Below are positions 35,879-45,820 of a DNA stretch of 64,000 nt, piece after piece. Origin of the DNA: Syntrophobacterales bacterium (lineage in GTDB: Bacteria; Desulfobacterota; Desulfobaccia; Desulfobaccales; 0-14-0-80-60-11); the NCBI GenBank assembly GCA_023512475.1, contig JAILZL010000004.1, positions 12,528 through 76,527 on the forward strand. The letters are read 5' to 3'. Position numbers and translations under genes: made by a program. The notes below the pieces were generated by a model. It was not told the DNA's origin and searched no databases. It was given only the letters and a program-made list of their open reading frames with translations. Position 1 is the first letter of the stretch; each line of letters opens with the position of its first letter.

Positions 35879-37090
35879 TCATTTCCTCCCCGCCGGCAGC
35901 GGGACCATCACCCTGGCCTGGGCCCTCTCCGGCGGATAGACCGGCACCAGACGCCCGCCCTGGATCTGCACCACCACATGGTGATAATCCAGGGGGTCGC
36001 CGTGGGCGTCGAACCGCACCCGCCCCAGAGGCAGGGTGAGATCCAGGGTCCTCAGTTCCTTAACCACCTGCTCCCCGGTGGGGGCGGGAGACCGGGCCAG
36101 GGCCCGCTCCAGGGCGGTGAGGAGAACCCGGGCCGAGGCGTAGCCATGCATGGCCGTGGTGGTGGGGCTCTGCTGGAAGCGTGCCTCAAAGGCCGTGATG
36201 AAGGCCTGGGAGTCCTTTTCGGTGCCCGGCCAGGTGACCCCCGGCGTCCAGGCGCAGGTGCCCAGCACGCCTTCGCTGAGCTCCCCCAGCTCCGCGATGA
36301 AGCTGGGATAGGCGGCCCCCCAGGGCGCCAGCAAAGCCTGAAGCTGCAGCCGCTGCTCCCGCAGCTGGCGGGTCAGAAGCAGGTTGTCCGGATAAAACCC
36401 CCCGGAGATGAGCACCTCGCAGCCGGTCATCCGCACCTTGAGGAGGGCCATGGAGAAATCCGGGGCCCCGGGGCGGAATTTCTCCTTCACCGGGATGCGG
36501 ATGCCCTGGCGGGTGAGGCGCTCCTCCACCCCCTCGGCGAATTCCAGGGACCCGGGGGTGGCCATGTAGATGAGGGCCACCTGCTGGGGCCGCAGTACCT
36601 CCCCCACCAAGCGGCACACCGGGGAGAGGATGCCCTCCAGGTTGGAGATCCGGAAAAAGTAGGGGTTGTGACGCTTTCTGGTGAGGGCCGCCTGCAGGCT
36701 GGCGGAGGCCACATACGGCACCTGGTGTTTGGCCGCCATTTCGCTGATGGGCCCCACCAGAGTGTCCACATAGCCGCCCACCAGCCCCACCACCCTCTCC
36801 CGAGTGATGAGATCCTGGGCCTGATTAAGGGCGATCTCCGGCCGGCTCTGATCATCCCGGGAGAGGAGTTTCACCCGGCGCCCGGCGAGGCCGCCCCGGG
36901 CGTTGACCTCTTCCACCGCCAGGGCGATGCCCTGGTGGATCTCCAGCCCGTGTTTGGCCAAGGCGCCGGTGAGGGGATTGATCTCCCCCAGGGCCAGCTC
37001 CTGGACCGCGGCCTTGCCGGAACCGGCGCCGGCCAGCAGCAGCACCGCCGCCAGCCCTAACAGCCATCCGTGCCTCCCCCCCTGCCGCAT
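35879..37090 (-). CDS. ABC transporter substrate-binding protein (LivK/type-1 periplasmic binding fold)
   Basis: ATG at 37090 gives a signal peptide (GWLLGLAAVLLLAGAGSGKA). Followed by LGEINPLTGALAKHG, typical of Leu/Ile/Val-binding-protein-family SBPs. Confidence 0.75.
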   Translation of the reverse strand: MRQGGRHGWLLGLAAVLLLAGAGSGKAAVQELALGEINPLTGALAKHGLEIHQGIALAVEEVNARGGLAGRRVKLLSRDDQSRPEIALNQAQDLITRERVVGLVGGYVDTLVGPISEMAAKHQVPYVASASLQAALTRKRHNPYFFRISNLEGILSPVCRLVGEVLRPQQVALIYMATPGSLEFAEGVEERLTRQGIRIPVKEKFRPGAPDFSMALLKVRMTGCEVLISGGFYPDNLLLTRQLREQRLQLQALLAPWGAAYPSFIAELGELSEGVLGTCAWTPGVTWPGTEKDSQAFITAFEARFQQSPTTTAMHGYASARVLLTALERALARSPAPTGEQVVKELRTLDLTLPLGRVRFDAHGDPLDYHHVVVQIQGGRLVPVYPPERAQARVMVPLPAGRK

Positions 37091-37339
37091 GCCTCCATCC
37101 TTGCCAGCTATTTGGGAAAACCTGCACAATTTATTTACCCCTTTTTCCGCCCCGGTGCCAGGAATTTTCTCGGCAGCTTTTCACCATGGCTCTTAAAGAG
37201 GGCGCCAGGAGAAGAAATGTGGCTCCCGGGACGTGCCCCGGAGGGACCCGGGGAGGCCCTTTCTCCCAGGCCGGCAGCCTGATACAATGGCCGGAAAGCG
37301 GCCGGCGGAAGGCTGTTTTTCAGGCCGGGGAGCGAAGAG

Positions 37340-38368
37340 ATGGTGACATCGCGGGCCTTGTATTTTCTGGCGCCCTTTCAGGTGGGCCTGGTGGAGGAGG
37401 AGCTGGCCCCTCCGGGTCCCGGGCAGGTGGGCGTGGACACCCTGCTGTCCGCCCTCAGTCCCGGCACCGAGCTCCTCATCTATCGGGGCCGGGCGCCCCG
37501 GGGTCTGGCGGCGGATGTGTCCCTGCCCGCCTTGGCCGGCGCCACCTTGGAGTTCCCCCTGAAATACGGGTATGCCGCGGTGGGCCGGGTGGCGGCCTTG
37601 GGGCCGGGGGTGGACCCCGCCTGGGAGGGCCGCCTGGTCTTTGCCTTTCAGCCCCACGCCGAGCGCTTCGTGGCCGACCTCGCCTCTCTTCAGCCCCTGC
37701 CGCCGGGGGTGGCCCCCGAGGAGGCGGTCTTCCTGCCCAATCTGGAGACCGCCCTCACCCTGACCCTGGACGGCCGGCCCCTGATCGGCGAACGGGTGGT
37801 GGTCTTCGGCCAGGGCATCGTGGGGCTCCTGCTCACCACCCTGCTGGCCCGCTTCCCGCTGGAGATCCTGGTCACGGTGGATCCCTGCGCCAACCGCCGT
37901 CTGGCCTCGGAGACCGCCGGGGCCCACCTCAGCCTGGATCCGGCGGCCCCGGATGTCCGGGAGCGCCTGGCGGCTCTCCTCACCCGGGACGGCGCGGATC
38001 TGGCCTTTGAGGTCTCCGGCCGGCCGCAAGGCCTGAATGCGGCCCTGGAGTGCCTGGGCTTTCACGGCCGGGTGGTCATCGGCTCCTGGTATGGCGAGCA
38101 GGTGGCCCACCTGAACCTGGGGGGCGAGTTCCATCGCAGACGCCAGCAGCTGCTCAGCAGTCAGGTGAGCACCATCGCCCCGGAACTGAGCGGCCGCTTC
38201 AGCAAACCCCGGCTCCTGGCCCTGGCCTGGCGGCTCCTCCCGGAGCTGGGGCTGCGGCGCTTCATCACCCACCGTCTGCCGCTGGAGCAGGCCCAGGAGG
38301 CCTATCGCCTGCTGGACGAGCGGCCGGAAGAAGCCATCCAGGTGGTGTTCACCTACGGCGCGGCCTGA
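37340..38368 (+). CDS. Medium-chain dehydrogenase/reductase family protein lacking the catalytic Zn ligands
   Basis: 342 aa. GroES-like N-domain plus Rossmann motif VFGQGIVG. The usual Cys and GHE Zn ligands are replaced (SALSPGTE, YGYAAVGRV). Confidence 0.7.
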   Translation: MVTSRALYFLAPFQVGLVEEELAPPGPGQVGVDTLLSALSPGTELLIYRGRAPRGLAADVSLPALAGATLEFPLKYGYAAVGRVAALGPGVDPAWEGRLVFAFQPHAERFVADLASLQPLPPGVAPEEAVFLPNLETALTLTLDGRPLIGERVVVFGQGIVGLLLTTLLARFPLEILVTVDPCANRRLASETAGAHLSLDPAAPDVRERLAALLTRDGADLAFEVSGRPQGLNAALECLGFHGRVVIGSWYGEQVAHLNLGGEFHRRRQQLLSSQVSTIAPELSGRFSKPRLLALAWRLLPELGLRRFITHRLPLEQAQEAYRLLDERPEEAIQVVFTYGAA

Positions 38369-38488
38369 CCCGGGGTGCGGTGCGCGGTTTCAAGTTTTCC
38401 CTCCCCCCGGCCGATGGGCCGGTGGGGAATTCATCCGCGGCATTGTAGAGGACTTTTCGCCCGGAACACTTCTGCTGGCGGAGCAGCC

Positions 38489-39064
38489 ATGGAGCACTTT
38501 CTCAGCCCGGCCCTGTCCTGGCTGGCACATCCCGGCCGATTTCTCTTTCCCACCGCCCTCGCCCTGTGGATGGCAGTGGGGGATCTGCGCACCCGGCGCA
38601 TCCCCAACTACCTCACCTTGGGCACGGCCCTGGCGGGGCTGGCGGTGCGCCTCCTCACCGACGGCCTCCCCGGCCTGGCGGACGGCTTTTTGGGCTTGCT
38701 GGTGGGCTTCTGCCTGCTTTTCGGGTTTTACCTGGCGGGCGGCATGGGGGCCGGTGACGTCAAGGCCCTGGCCGCCCTGGGCACCTGGCTGGGTCTGAGA
38801 CTCACCCTGTTCCTCTTTCTGTACATGGCCCTGGCCGGCGGGGTGCTCACCCTGGTTTATCTCTGCTGGCGGGGTCTCCTCCTCGCCAAACTGAAACGCC
38901 TGGGAAGCTGGCTCCTGAGCTGGGTGCTCCTGCGCCCCCACGGCGGCGGCGCCGGCGCGGCCCCGGGCACCGGGCCTGAGGCCGCCACCGGAGAAGGGGT
39001 CCCGTACGGGGTGGCCCTGGCCCTGGGCATGGTCTTCCTGTGCTGGCAGGTCCTCAGCCGGTAG
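38489..39064 (+). CDS. A24-family prepilin peptidase (CpaA/TadV-like)
   Basis: ATG at 38489. Two catalytic-Asp contexts (AVGDLRTRRIPN and GGMGAGDVKALAALG). Polytopic, about 190 aa. Confidence 0.7.
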   Translation: MEHFLSPALSWLAHPGRFLFPTALALWMAVGDLRTRRIPNYLTLGTALAGLAVRLLTDGLPGLADGFLGLLVGFCLLFGFYLAGGMGAGDVKALAALGTWLGLRLTLFLFLYMALAGGVLTLVYLCWRGLLLAKLKRLGSWLLSWVLLRPHGGGAGAAPGTGPEAATGEGVPYGVALALGMVFLCWQVLSR

Positions 39065-39204
39065 CCCGCCGGCCCGCACCCCCCCACCCCTGACCCCGCT
39101 GCCTTTACGTCCCGGACTTGAGACCTCCGGGGTGGCGGGCGCCCTTGGCAGGTGGTGGAAAAAGGTTATTGGTGGAAGAGGCCAGAGGTCACAGACCCCC
39201 CCCC

Positions 39205-39310
39205 CGCACCCCTTACCCAACCCCATAAATGGTATGCGGCTTCACCCAACCAATAAAAGGCCGGCCTCATCCCCTCAGATTCCGGGGAGGGGTTTTTTCA
39301 AGCGCCTGTC
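39205..39310 (+). repeat. Intergenic repeat family, copy A (core plus 3' hairpin/T-tract extension)
   Basis: Core cccaaccccataaatggtatgcggcttcacccaaccaataaaaggccggcctcat (39216-39270). It is followed by CCCCTC-agattccggg-GAGGGG-TTTTTT (39271-39298). Aligns with copies at 45031-45110 and 45821-45925. Confidence 0.8.
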
Positions 39311-39492
39311 CGGCGCGATCCGGATTTTCCTTCTGTTTTTCCACCCTTGCCGCCGACGCGGCGTCGGAGTACAATGCCGGCAGGAGAGGCGGTCCGCTCC
39401 CGGGCCTGTGGGATCCGGGGGACAGGACCGAGTCATCCGCCATCAGGCCGCACGGGCCGCGGCCGCAATGCGGGCCGGAAAGGACAGCCGGT

Positions 39493-40503
39493 ATGCTCAT
39501 CGTCATGGACAAGGATGCCACCCCTGCCCAGATCGAGGCGGTGGTGGCCAAAATTCAAGGGTTGGGGTATGTGGCCCAACCCATCCCCGGGGGCGAGAGG
39601 GTGGCCATCGGCATCCTGCGCAATCCCGGTCCGGTGGATCCCGCCCTGTTTCTGGACATGCCCGGGGTCATTCAGGCCATCCCGGTCTCCAAGCCCTATA
39701 AGCTGGTGAGCCGGGAGATGAAGCGGGCCGACACCCTCATCACCTTTCCCAACGGCCTCACAATCGGCCGGGGACATTTTGTGCTCATTGCCGGCCCCTG
39801 CGCCGTCGAAAGCGAAACCCAGGCCCTGACCATCGCCCACGCCGTGAAGGCGGCCGGGGCGCAGTTCTTCCGGGGCGGCGCCTACAAACCCCGGACCTCC
39901 CCTTACAGCTACCAGGGTCTGGGGGAGCCGGGGCTGAAAATCCTGGCCAAAGTGCGGCAGGAGACGGGCCTCCTCATCGTCACCGAGGCGGTGGACACCG
40001 ACTCCCTGAAGCTGGTGGCGGAATACGCCGACGTGGTGCAGATCGGCGCCCGCAACATGCAGAACTTCTCCCTCCTGCGGCAGGCCGGGCAGGTGGGGAA
40101 ACCGGTGCTCCTGAAGCGGGGCCTGTACGCCACCCTCCAGGAGTGGCTCATGGCGGCGGAGTATCTCATGGCGGAGGGCAACTCCCAGGTGATCCTCTGC
40201 GAGCGGGGCATCCGGGGCATCGGCGAGCACGCCCGCAATCTCCTGGATCTGGCCACCATTCCGGCGGTGCGCCGGGAATCCCACCTCCCCATCCTGGTGG
40301 ATCCCAGCCATGCCGCCGGGCGCCGGGACCTGGTGGCGCCCCTGGCCCGGGCGGCGGTGGCCGCCGGCTGCGACGGCCTCATGGTGGAGGTGCATCATGA
40401 GCCGGAGAAGGCCCTGTCCGACGGCGCCCAGTCCCTTTATCCGGAGCAGTTCGCCGCCCTGACCCGGGACCTGGCGACCCTCAAGCCCGGAGGCTGGGCG
40501 TGA
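39493..40503 (+). CDS. aroF: 3-deoxy-7-phosphoheptulonate (DAHP) synthase, type I-beta with an N-terminal regulatory domain
   Basis: ATG at 39493 (MLIVMDKDATPAQIEAVVAKIQGLGY...). Motifs AGPCAVES, RGGAYKPRTSPYSYQGLG, DPSH. 336 aa. The ORF-track start at 39229 runs through the repeat element. Confidence 0.9.
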   Translation: MLIVMDKDATPAQIEAVVAKIQGLGYVAQPIPGGERVAIGILRNPGPVDPALFLDMPGVIQAIPVSKPYKLVSREMKRADTLITFPNGLTIGRGHFVLIAGPCAVESETQALTIAHAVKAAGAQFFRGGAYKPRTSPYSYQGLGEPGLKILAKVRQETGLLIVTEAVDTDSLKLVAEYADVVQIGARNMQNFSLLRQAGQVGKPVLLKRGLYATLQEWLMAAEYLMAEGNSQVILCERGIRGIGEHARNLLDLATIPAVRRESHLPILVDPSHAAGRRDLVAPLARAAVAAGCDGLMVEVHHEPEKALSDGAQSLYPEQFAALTRDLATLKPGGWA

Positions 40504-41576
40504 GGGAGCTCACCGTCGCCTTGCCGGGCCGGGAGAGCAGCTACCGGGTGCGGCTGGCCTGGGGCCTGCGCCACCGGCTGGCCGCGGAACTGGAGCCCCT
40601 CTCTCTCCCCCGGCGCCTCTTTGTGGTCACCGACCAGACGGTGGCCCGGCTGCATGCAGACCAGGTCCTGGCGGGGCTTAAGGCCGGAGGCTATGACCCC
40701 CATCTCCTCACTGTGCCGCCCGGCGAGAAGAGCAAAAGCTGGCGGCAGGTGACGGCCCTGACCCGGGAGCTTCTGGCCCGGGGCGCGGACCGGACCACCG
40801 CCCTGATGGCCCTGGGGGGCGGCGTGGTGGGGGACCTGACCGGCCTGGTGGCCTCCCTGTTCATGCGGGGCCTGCCCCTCATCCAGGTGCCCACCACCCT
40901 GCTGGCCATGGTGGATGCCAGCATCGGCGGCAAAACCGCCATCAATCTTCCGGAGGCCAAAAACCTCCTGGGCACCTTCCATCAACCCCGGCTGGTGGCC
41001 ATCGACCCGGAATTTCTCCAGACCCTGCCGCCCCGGGAGCGCCGCAACGGCCTGGCGGAGATCCTCAAGGCCGGCTTCATCCGGGAGGCGGAGCTCCTGA
41101 AGCGGGTGGAGAACCTGGGCCCCCGCCTGTTTCAGGACCGGGAGAGCCTTGCGGAGGTGATCTTCCGGGCGGCGGCCATCAAGGCCGGGATCGTGGCCGC
41201 GGATGAGCGGGAGGGGGATGTCCGGCGCCTCCTCAACTTCGGCCACACCCTGGGCCACGCCCTGGAGGCGGCCAGCCGGTATCGCCTGCCCCACGGCCAG
41301 GCGGTGGCCCACGGCATGATTGCGGCCCTTTGCCTCTCCCGGCGGCTGACCGGGCTGTCTGCCGGGGCCTGTGAGGCCGGCGTGCGCCTTATCCGGAACC
41401 TGGGTCTGGCCCGGCGGCCACCCGGAGTTCCCCCGGAGGCGGTGCTGGCCGCCCTGGGCCACGACAAGAAACGCCAAGCCGGGGAGCTGGTCTTCGTGCT
41501 CCTCCGGGACCTGGGCGCGGCGGAGATCGTCCGGGGGGTGCCTCTGGAGCTGGTGGCCGAGGTCGTACCCCGCTGA
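40500..41576 (+). CDS. aroB: 3-dehydroquinate synthase
   Basis: The GTG start overlaps the aroF stop (GTGA). Motifs GGGVVGDLTG, DASIGGKTAIN, NFGHTLGHALE. Confidence 0.9.
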   Translation: MRELTVALPGRESSYRVRLAWGLRHRLAAELEPLSLPRRLFVVTDQTVARLHADQVLAGLKAGGYDPHLLTVPPGEKSKSWRQVTALTRELLARGADRTTALMALGGGVVGDLTGLVASLFMRGLPLIQVPTTLLAMVDASIGGKTAINLPEAKNLLGTFHQPRLVAIDPEFLQTLPPRERRNGLAEILKAGFIREAELLKRVENLGPRLFQDRESLAEVIFRAAAIKAGIVAADEREGDVRRLLNFGHTLGHALEAASRYRLPHGQAVAHGMIAALCLSRRLTGLSAGACEAGVRLIRNLGLARRPPGVPPEAVLAALGHDKKRQAGELVFVLLRDLGAAEIVRGVPLELVAEVVPR

Positions 41577-41592
41577 AGGGGCCAGCCCCCGT

Positions 41593-42822
41593 CTATCTGA
41601 AGCCGATGGCCCCCGTGCCCAGAAGCAGGGCGGCGGCGGCCTTCAGCCCCAGGGGAAGGGCGGCTTCATCCGGATTGAAATCCGGCGCGTGCAGGGCCTG
41701 GCCCCGGGTGCCGGGGGTGCGCACCCCGAGGAAAAAATAAAAGGCTGGCACTTCCTGGGCAAAGTAGGCAAAATCCTCGCTGCCCATGGCCGGCTGGTGG
41801 GCGGTCACCCGCCGGGCCCCCAGGCACTCCTTCAGGATGCGGACCGCCCGCTCGGCCAGGCGGGCGTCATTTTTCAGGATGGGGTAGATGCCCTGGGTGG
41901 CGAGCTCCAGCCGGGCGCCGGTGGCCTTGGCCAGGCCTGCCAGGTGACGGCGGACCGCCGCCAGCACCCGCTCCCGCACCCCGGGGGAGAGAAAGCGCAG
42001 GCTGCCTTCCAACACCACCCTGTCCGCCAGGATATTGAAGCGGTTGCCGCCCGCGATGCGTCCGAAGGTGAGGACAAAGGGCTGCCGGGAGTCCACTTCC
42101 TGGGCGAGGGCGCTTTTCAGCAGCACCAGGGTCTGGGCCGCGGCCAGGATGGGGTCCACGCCTTTGTGCGGGGTGGCGCCGTGGGCCACCTGGCCCGTCA
42201 CTGTCAGGATGAGGTGTTCGGAGCCCGCCATCACCACCTCGGGGCAATAACGCACCTGGCCCACATCCAGGGTGGGGGCCACATGCAGGCCGAAGATGGC
42301 GTCCACCCGGGGATTGTCCAGCACCCCGGCCCGCACCATCCCCAGGGCGCCGCTGTCGGGCCCCTGCGGGGGGCCTTCCTCCGCCGGCTGGAAGAGGAAG
42401 CGGATCTCCCCGGACAGACGGTCCCGGAAGCGGCTGAGGAGGGCGGCCGCGCCCAGGGCGATGGCCAGGTGGAAGTCGTGGCCGCAGGCATGCATCACCC
42501 CGGCGTTCTTCGACCGCCAGGGCACCTCCAGCTCCTCGGTGAGGGGCAGGGCGTCCATGTCCGCCCGCCAGGCCACCGTGCGGCCGGGAGTGGCTCCCAT
42601 CAGCCGCCCCACCACCCCATGGCCGGCGATCCCGGTTTTCACCTCCAGTCCCAGTTTGGTGAGATATGCGGCCACCGCGGCGGCGGTGCGCCGCTCCTGG
42701 TGGGACAGTTCCGGATGCTGGTGGAAATGACGGCGCAGACGGGTGAGCTCTTCTGTAAGCCCCTCGGCAGCCTGGGCCGCCTCGGGCCACCACGGGGGCA
42801 CGATCATCTCTCTTTCCGGCAT
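41593..42822 (-). CDS. M20D-family amidohydrolase (N-acyl-amino-acid amidohydrolase-like)
   Basis: LRRHFHQHPELSHQE, MHACGHDFH, and GSEDFAYF motifs. 409 aa. Confidence 0.8.
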   Translation of the reverse strand: MPEREMIVPPWWPEAAQAAEGLTEELTRLRRHFHQHPELSHQERRTAAAVAAYLTKLGLEVKTGIAGHGVVGRLMGATPGRTVAWRADMDALPLTEELEVPWRSKNAGVMHACGHDFHLAIALGAAALLSRFRDRLSGEIRFLFQPAEEGPPQGPDSGALGMVRAGVLDNPRVDAIFGLHVAPTLDVGQVRYCPEVVMAGSEHLILTVTGQVAHGATPHKGVDPILAAAQTLVLLKSALAQEVDSRQPFVLTFGRIAGGNRFNILADRVVLEGSLRFLSPGVRERVLAAVRRHLAGLAKATGARLELATQGIYPILKNDARLAERAVRILKECLGARRVTAHQPAMGSEDFAYFAQEVPAFYFFLGVRTPGTRGQALHAPDFNPDEAALPLGLKAAAALLLGTGAIGFR

Positions 42823-42897
42823 GGCGTTTCCGGCCTCGGGCCGTCTGCCCGATAGCCTTCCCTCTCCTCTCTGGCGTAAAACGTCCCGGCCTGACCC

Positions 42898-43917
42898 TCA
42901 GGATCCCCGGCAGAGGACCTCGCCCCGCTCCCCCAGGGCCCCCGTGACGGTGAAACGCGGCCCCAAAAACTGCTCAATCACCCAGATATTGGTGAGAAGA
43001 TGGGAGGTCACCGCCTCGGTGGTGAAGCGGGAAGGCCCCCGGGCCGTGGCCAGGTAGAGCACCAGCTGGTCCGCGGCATGGCGGTCCAGGGCGGCGTGTT
43101 GCGCCTCGTAATGCAAGAAGGCGTCCACCGCCTCGTCGGCCACCTGCTCCGCGGGCTTGCCCCGGGCCCCCAGGGCGCTGAAGCCGGCCCCGGGCCCCCA
43201 GAGGAACACCAGGCTGCCCGGGTCCAGGCTGTCGGCGGCCACCTCCTCCACGAGCAACTCCGCGCCCAGGCGCTCCCGCAGGCGCGCGGCCTGACGCCGG
43301 CGCACGTGCTCCGGCAGCCGGCCGGCCGCGGACAGGGCCCGGAGTTCCGGGCGACGGGCGGGGGTCAGGAGCTCTACCGGGGTGAGGCAGGAGACGGGCT
43401 CCACCTCCAGGCGCACCCGCCCCCCGCCCCGAGGATAAAACCCCCAGTGCTCCAGAGTCAGACTCACCCGCGCCCCCAGGCGCTCCAGAAGGGGCACAAA
43501 GACATACTGGAGATAGTGCACCGGGGGGCTCCAGGGGACGTGGGTGCCGCCCTGGATGATCACCGTGCTCCGGCCGGGGGCAAAGAGGAGGGCCGGCAGC
43601 ACCGCCTGGGCCACCAGGCTCACTGAGCCGGCGCTCCCCATGGTTTCGGCCACATCAAAGACATACTGCCCGGCCCGCACCCGCCCGGGGATGAAGGTGA
43701 GATCCCGGCTGTTCAGCTCCGCCCCCCTCACTTCCGCTCCGGAAATGCGGGCCAGGGCGCGCACGGCGGTGAGATGCTGGGCCTTGAGGCCCGGCTTGGG
43801 CCGGCCGGCCCGGATATTCTCGATCCTGACCGCCTCCCCCACCAGGGCGGCCAGGGACAGGGAGGTCCGGACAATCTGTCCGCCTCCCTCGCCGTAAGAC
43901 CCGTCCAGGTGCAGCAT
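42898..43917 (-). CDS. rtcA: RNA 3'-terminal phosphate cyclase
   Basis: MLHLDGSYGEGGGQIVRTSLSLAAL N-terminus and RAGRPKPGLKAQHL (nucleotidylated-His region). 339 aa. Confidence 0.85.
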   Translation of the reverse strand: MLHLDGSYGEGGGQIVRTSLSLAALVGEAVRIENIRAGRPKPGLKAQHLTAVRALARISGAEVRGAELNSRDLTFIPGRVRAGQYVFDVAETMGSAGSVSLVAQAVLPALLFAPGRSTVIIQGGTHVPWSPPVHYLQYVFVPLLERLGARVSLTLEHWGFYPRGGGRVRLEVEPVSCLTPVELLTPARRPELRALSAAGRLPEHVRRRQAARLRERLGAELLVEEVAADSLDPGSLVFLWGPGAGFSALGARGKPAEQVADEAVDAFLHYEAQHAALDRHAADQLVLYLATARGPSRFTTEAVTSHLLTNIWVIEQFLGPRFTVTGALGERGEVLCRGS

Positions 43918-44010
43918 AGGTAGAGGAAACCCCCGCCGCCCCGACCCGGCCGCCTTTGCCGGCCTTTTTGGGGGGCCGGGCGTTTTCCGGTTAACGAACG
44001 GCTGCGGACC

Positions 44011-44223
44011 TCAATCTTCCAGGATGAAGATGACCTCCATTTTCACCCGGAAGGTGTTGATCTTGTCGTCTTTCACGGAGATGCGCTGCTCCACGATCCT
44101 GAGGCCGGTGATGTTGCGCAGGGTTTTGGTGGCCCGTTCAAAGCCCACCTTGACGGCGTCCTCGAAACTCTCCGGTGATTCGGCGATAATGTGGGTAACC
44201 CGGGCGACATTCTTGCTGGACAT
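44011..44223 (-). CDS. Dodecin-family flavin-binding protein
   Basis: ATG at 44223 preceded by AGGAGGGA. 70 aa. ...IAESPESFEDAVKVGFERATKTLRNITGLRIVEQ... matches the dodecin pattern. Confidence 0.75.
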   Translation of the reverse strand: MSSKNVARVTHIIAESPESFEDAVKVGFERATKTLRNITGLRIVEQRISVKDDKINTFRVKMEVIFILED

Positions 44224-44480
44224 GGCATCCCTCCTGGCTGGATTGTCGGCCTCAGGCGGCCTGGCGCCCGCCAAGGCTCATCTGTCCAATAACATAAGAC
44301 CCTCAGGGGGGGATGCAAGGAAAAAGCGGCCCCCGGGGGATTTTCCCCTGTTCTGGGGGGACTTTCACCCCGCGTCCCCAAGCCATCGGCCCCGGCCTCA
44401 TCTTTTTCCCCGCCGGGGACGATGTGAGTTTCATCACCCAAACCCGGCAGGACCGGTCGCGCCGGTCCCCAGGAGGACCT

Positions 44481-44903
44481 ATGGGAAAAAAGATCCGGGC
44501 CCACTTTCTGGCCATCTGTCTGCTGGCGCTGTGCGGGGCCACCGCGGCCACGGCCGGGCCGCCGCTGGACCCCCGGCTGACCCCGCAGTGGCACAACGTC
44601 ACCACCGTCACCGAGGTGGCCTACGCCCCTAATCTGCCGGTGGATGTCTTCCGCTATCAGGGGCGCTTTTACTGCTACGACGGCCGCTGGTATCAGAGCC
44701 AGGTCTGGGGCGGACCCTGGCGGGTGATTCCGGAGCCCCCCGCGGTTCTCCGGCAGGTGGACGCGGCGTATTTCAAAAAGGTGCCCCCGGGCTGGAGCCG
44801 GGGCCGCAAGGTGGGCTGGCAGGGGGGGTCCATGCCGCCGGGCCAGGCCAGGAAACAGCAGGGCGGTCTGCCTCCCGGGCAAGCCAAGAAGCGGGGCTTT
44901 TAG
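44481..44903 (+). CDS. Small secreted hypothetical protein with C-terminal PPGxxxK repeats
   Basis: ATG at 44481 preceded by AGGAGGA. Signal peptide FLAICLLALCGATAATA. C-terminal repeats VPPGWSRGRK / MPPGQARK / LPPGQAKK. Confidence 0.55.
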   Translation: MGKKIRAHFLAICLLALCGATAATAGPPLDPRLTPQWHNVTTVTEVAYAPNLPVDVFRYQGRFYCYDGRWYQSQVWGGPWRVIPEPPAVLRQVDAAYFKKVPPGWSRGRKVGWQGGSMPPGQARKQQGGLPPGQAKKRGF

Positions 44904-45030
44904 GGGAGTTTAAGGGAGCCGGGCACAGCGGCCAGGCCCAGCAGGAGCAGAGGATGGCCCCATGGACTCCTCTGAGCCCCTTCTTTTAGAGGTTATTTGG
45001 GGAAGGGGGCCAGTAATCACAGGCCCTTTG

Positions 45031-45110
45031 CCCCTCCCCCGACCCTCCTCCCCCAACCCCAGAAAGGGGATGTGGCTTCGCCCAACCGGCAAAGTCGGCC
45101 AACCTCCTCG
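45031..45110 (+). repeat. Intergenic repeat family, copy B (core only)
   Basis: cccaaccccagaaaggggatgtggcttcgcccaaccggcaaagtcggccaacctcct (45052-45108), preceded by a C-rich tract. It lacks the 3' hairpin/T-tract seen in copies A and C. Confidence 0.75.
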
Positions 45111-45189
45111 GGTGGCACAGGGGCACGGGTCCGGGCCGGCCGATCAGCCCCGTCATAGCCCGCCGGCCTTTTCCCGGCCCCGCCCCTCC

Positions 45190-45774
45190 TCAGCGGAAAA
45201 AAGGCAGGGAGACCAAAAGGAAGAAGCCGTTGACGGAAAAGGCCCCCCCTAAGATCGCGGTGGCGATGGCAAAGTAATACATGCGAGGGGATTGGGAAAT
45301 AATGGCGATGCTGGCCAGCACAATGGCGATCTGCAGCAGCACCTCGGCATAATCGAAGGACGGGTCCTTTTTCTGGTTCAGGTCCCGCTCCGCTTCAAAC
45401 TGCCGGGCATCTTTCTCGATCTCCTTTTTCTCCTGGTTGAAGCGTTGGGCCTCCTGGAGAAGGTGGGAGCGGGCCTCCTGGATTTTCTGCTGTCCCGAGG
45501 GGTTGCCGCCCGCGGGGCCGGCCGCCATGGCCTCCAGGAGAAACGCCTGGCTGCGATACAGGTGTTCCCGGATGACCTTGGCCTGGTAGTAGGCCCACAT
45601 GTTGGAGGCCTGCTGCTGCGCCAGAAGCATCTCTTTCATGGCGTTACTGCCACCCAGCGAGGTGATGGCCAGCAAGACCGCAAAGATGGCGGTGGTCAGG
45701 GCCACCCGCCGGGTGAAGGCATCCTTGCGGGCCTCCTCCAGCTCCTCCACTTCCGGCAATTCGATCTCAGCCAT
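45190..45774 (-). CDS. DUF4337-like membrane protein
   Basis: 194 aa. An N-terminal acidic segment, then a TM (VALTTAIFAVLLAITSLGG), then NMWAYYQAKVIREHLY, and C-terminal TM segments. Domain assignment is from memory of the family pattern. Confidence 0.55.
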   Translation of the reverse strand: MAEIELPEVEELEEARKDAFTRRVALTTAIFAVLLAITSLGGSNAMKEMLLAQQQASNMWAYYQAKVIREHLYRSQAFLLEAMAAGPAGGNPSGQQKIQEARSHLLQEAQRFNQEKKEIEKDARQFEAERDLNQKKDPSFDYAEVLLQIAIVLASIAIISQSPRMYYFAIATAILGGAFSVNGFFLLVSLPFFR

Positions 45775-45820
45775 ATGCTTCCCTATCAGATTGTTGACAA
45801 GGTTATTCGGGGATCACAAA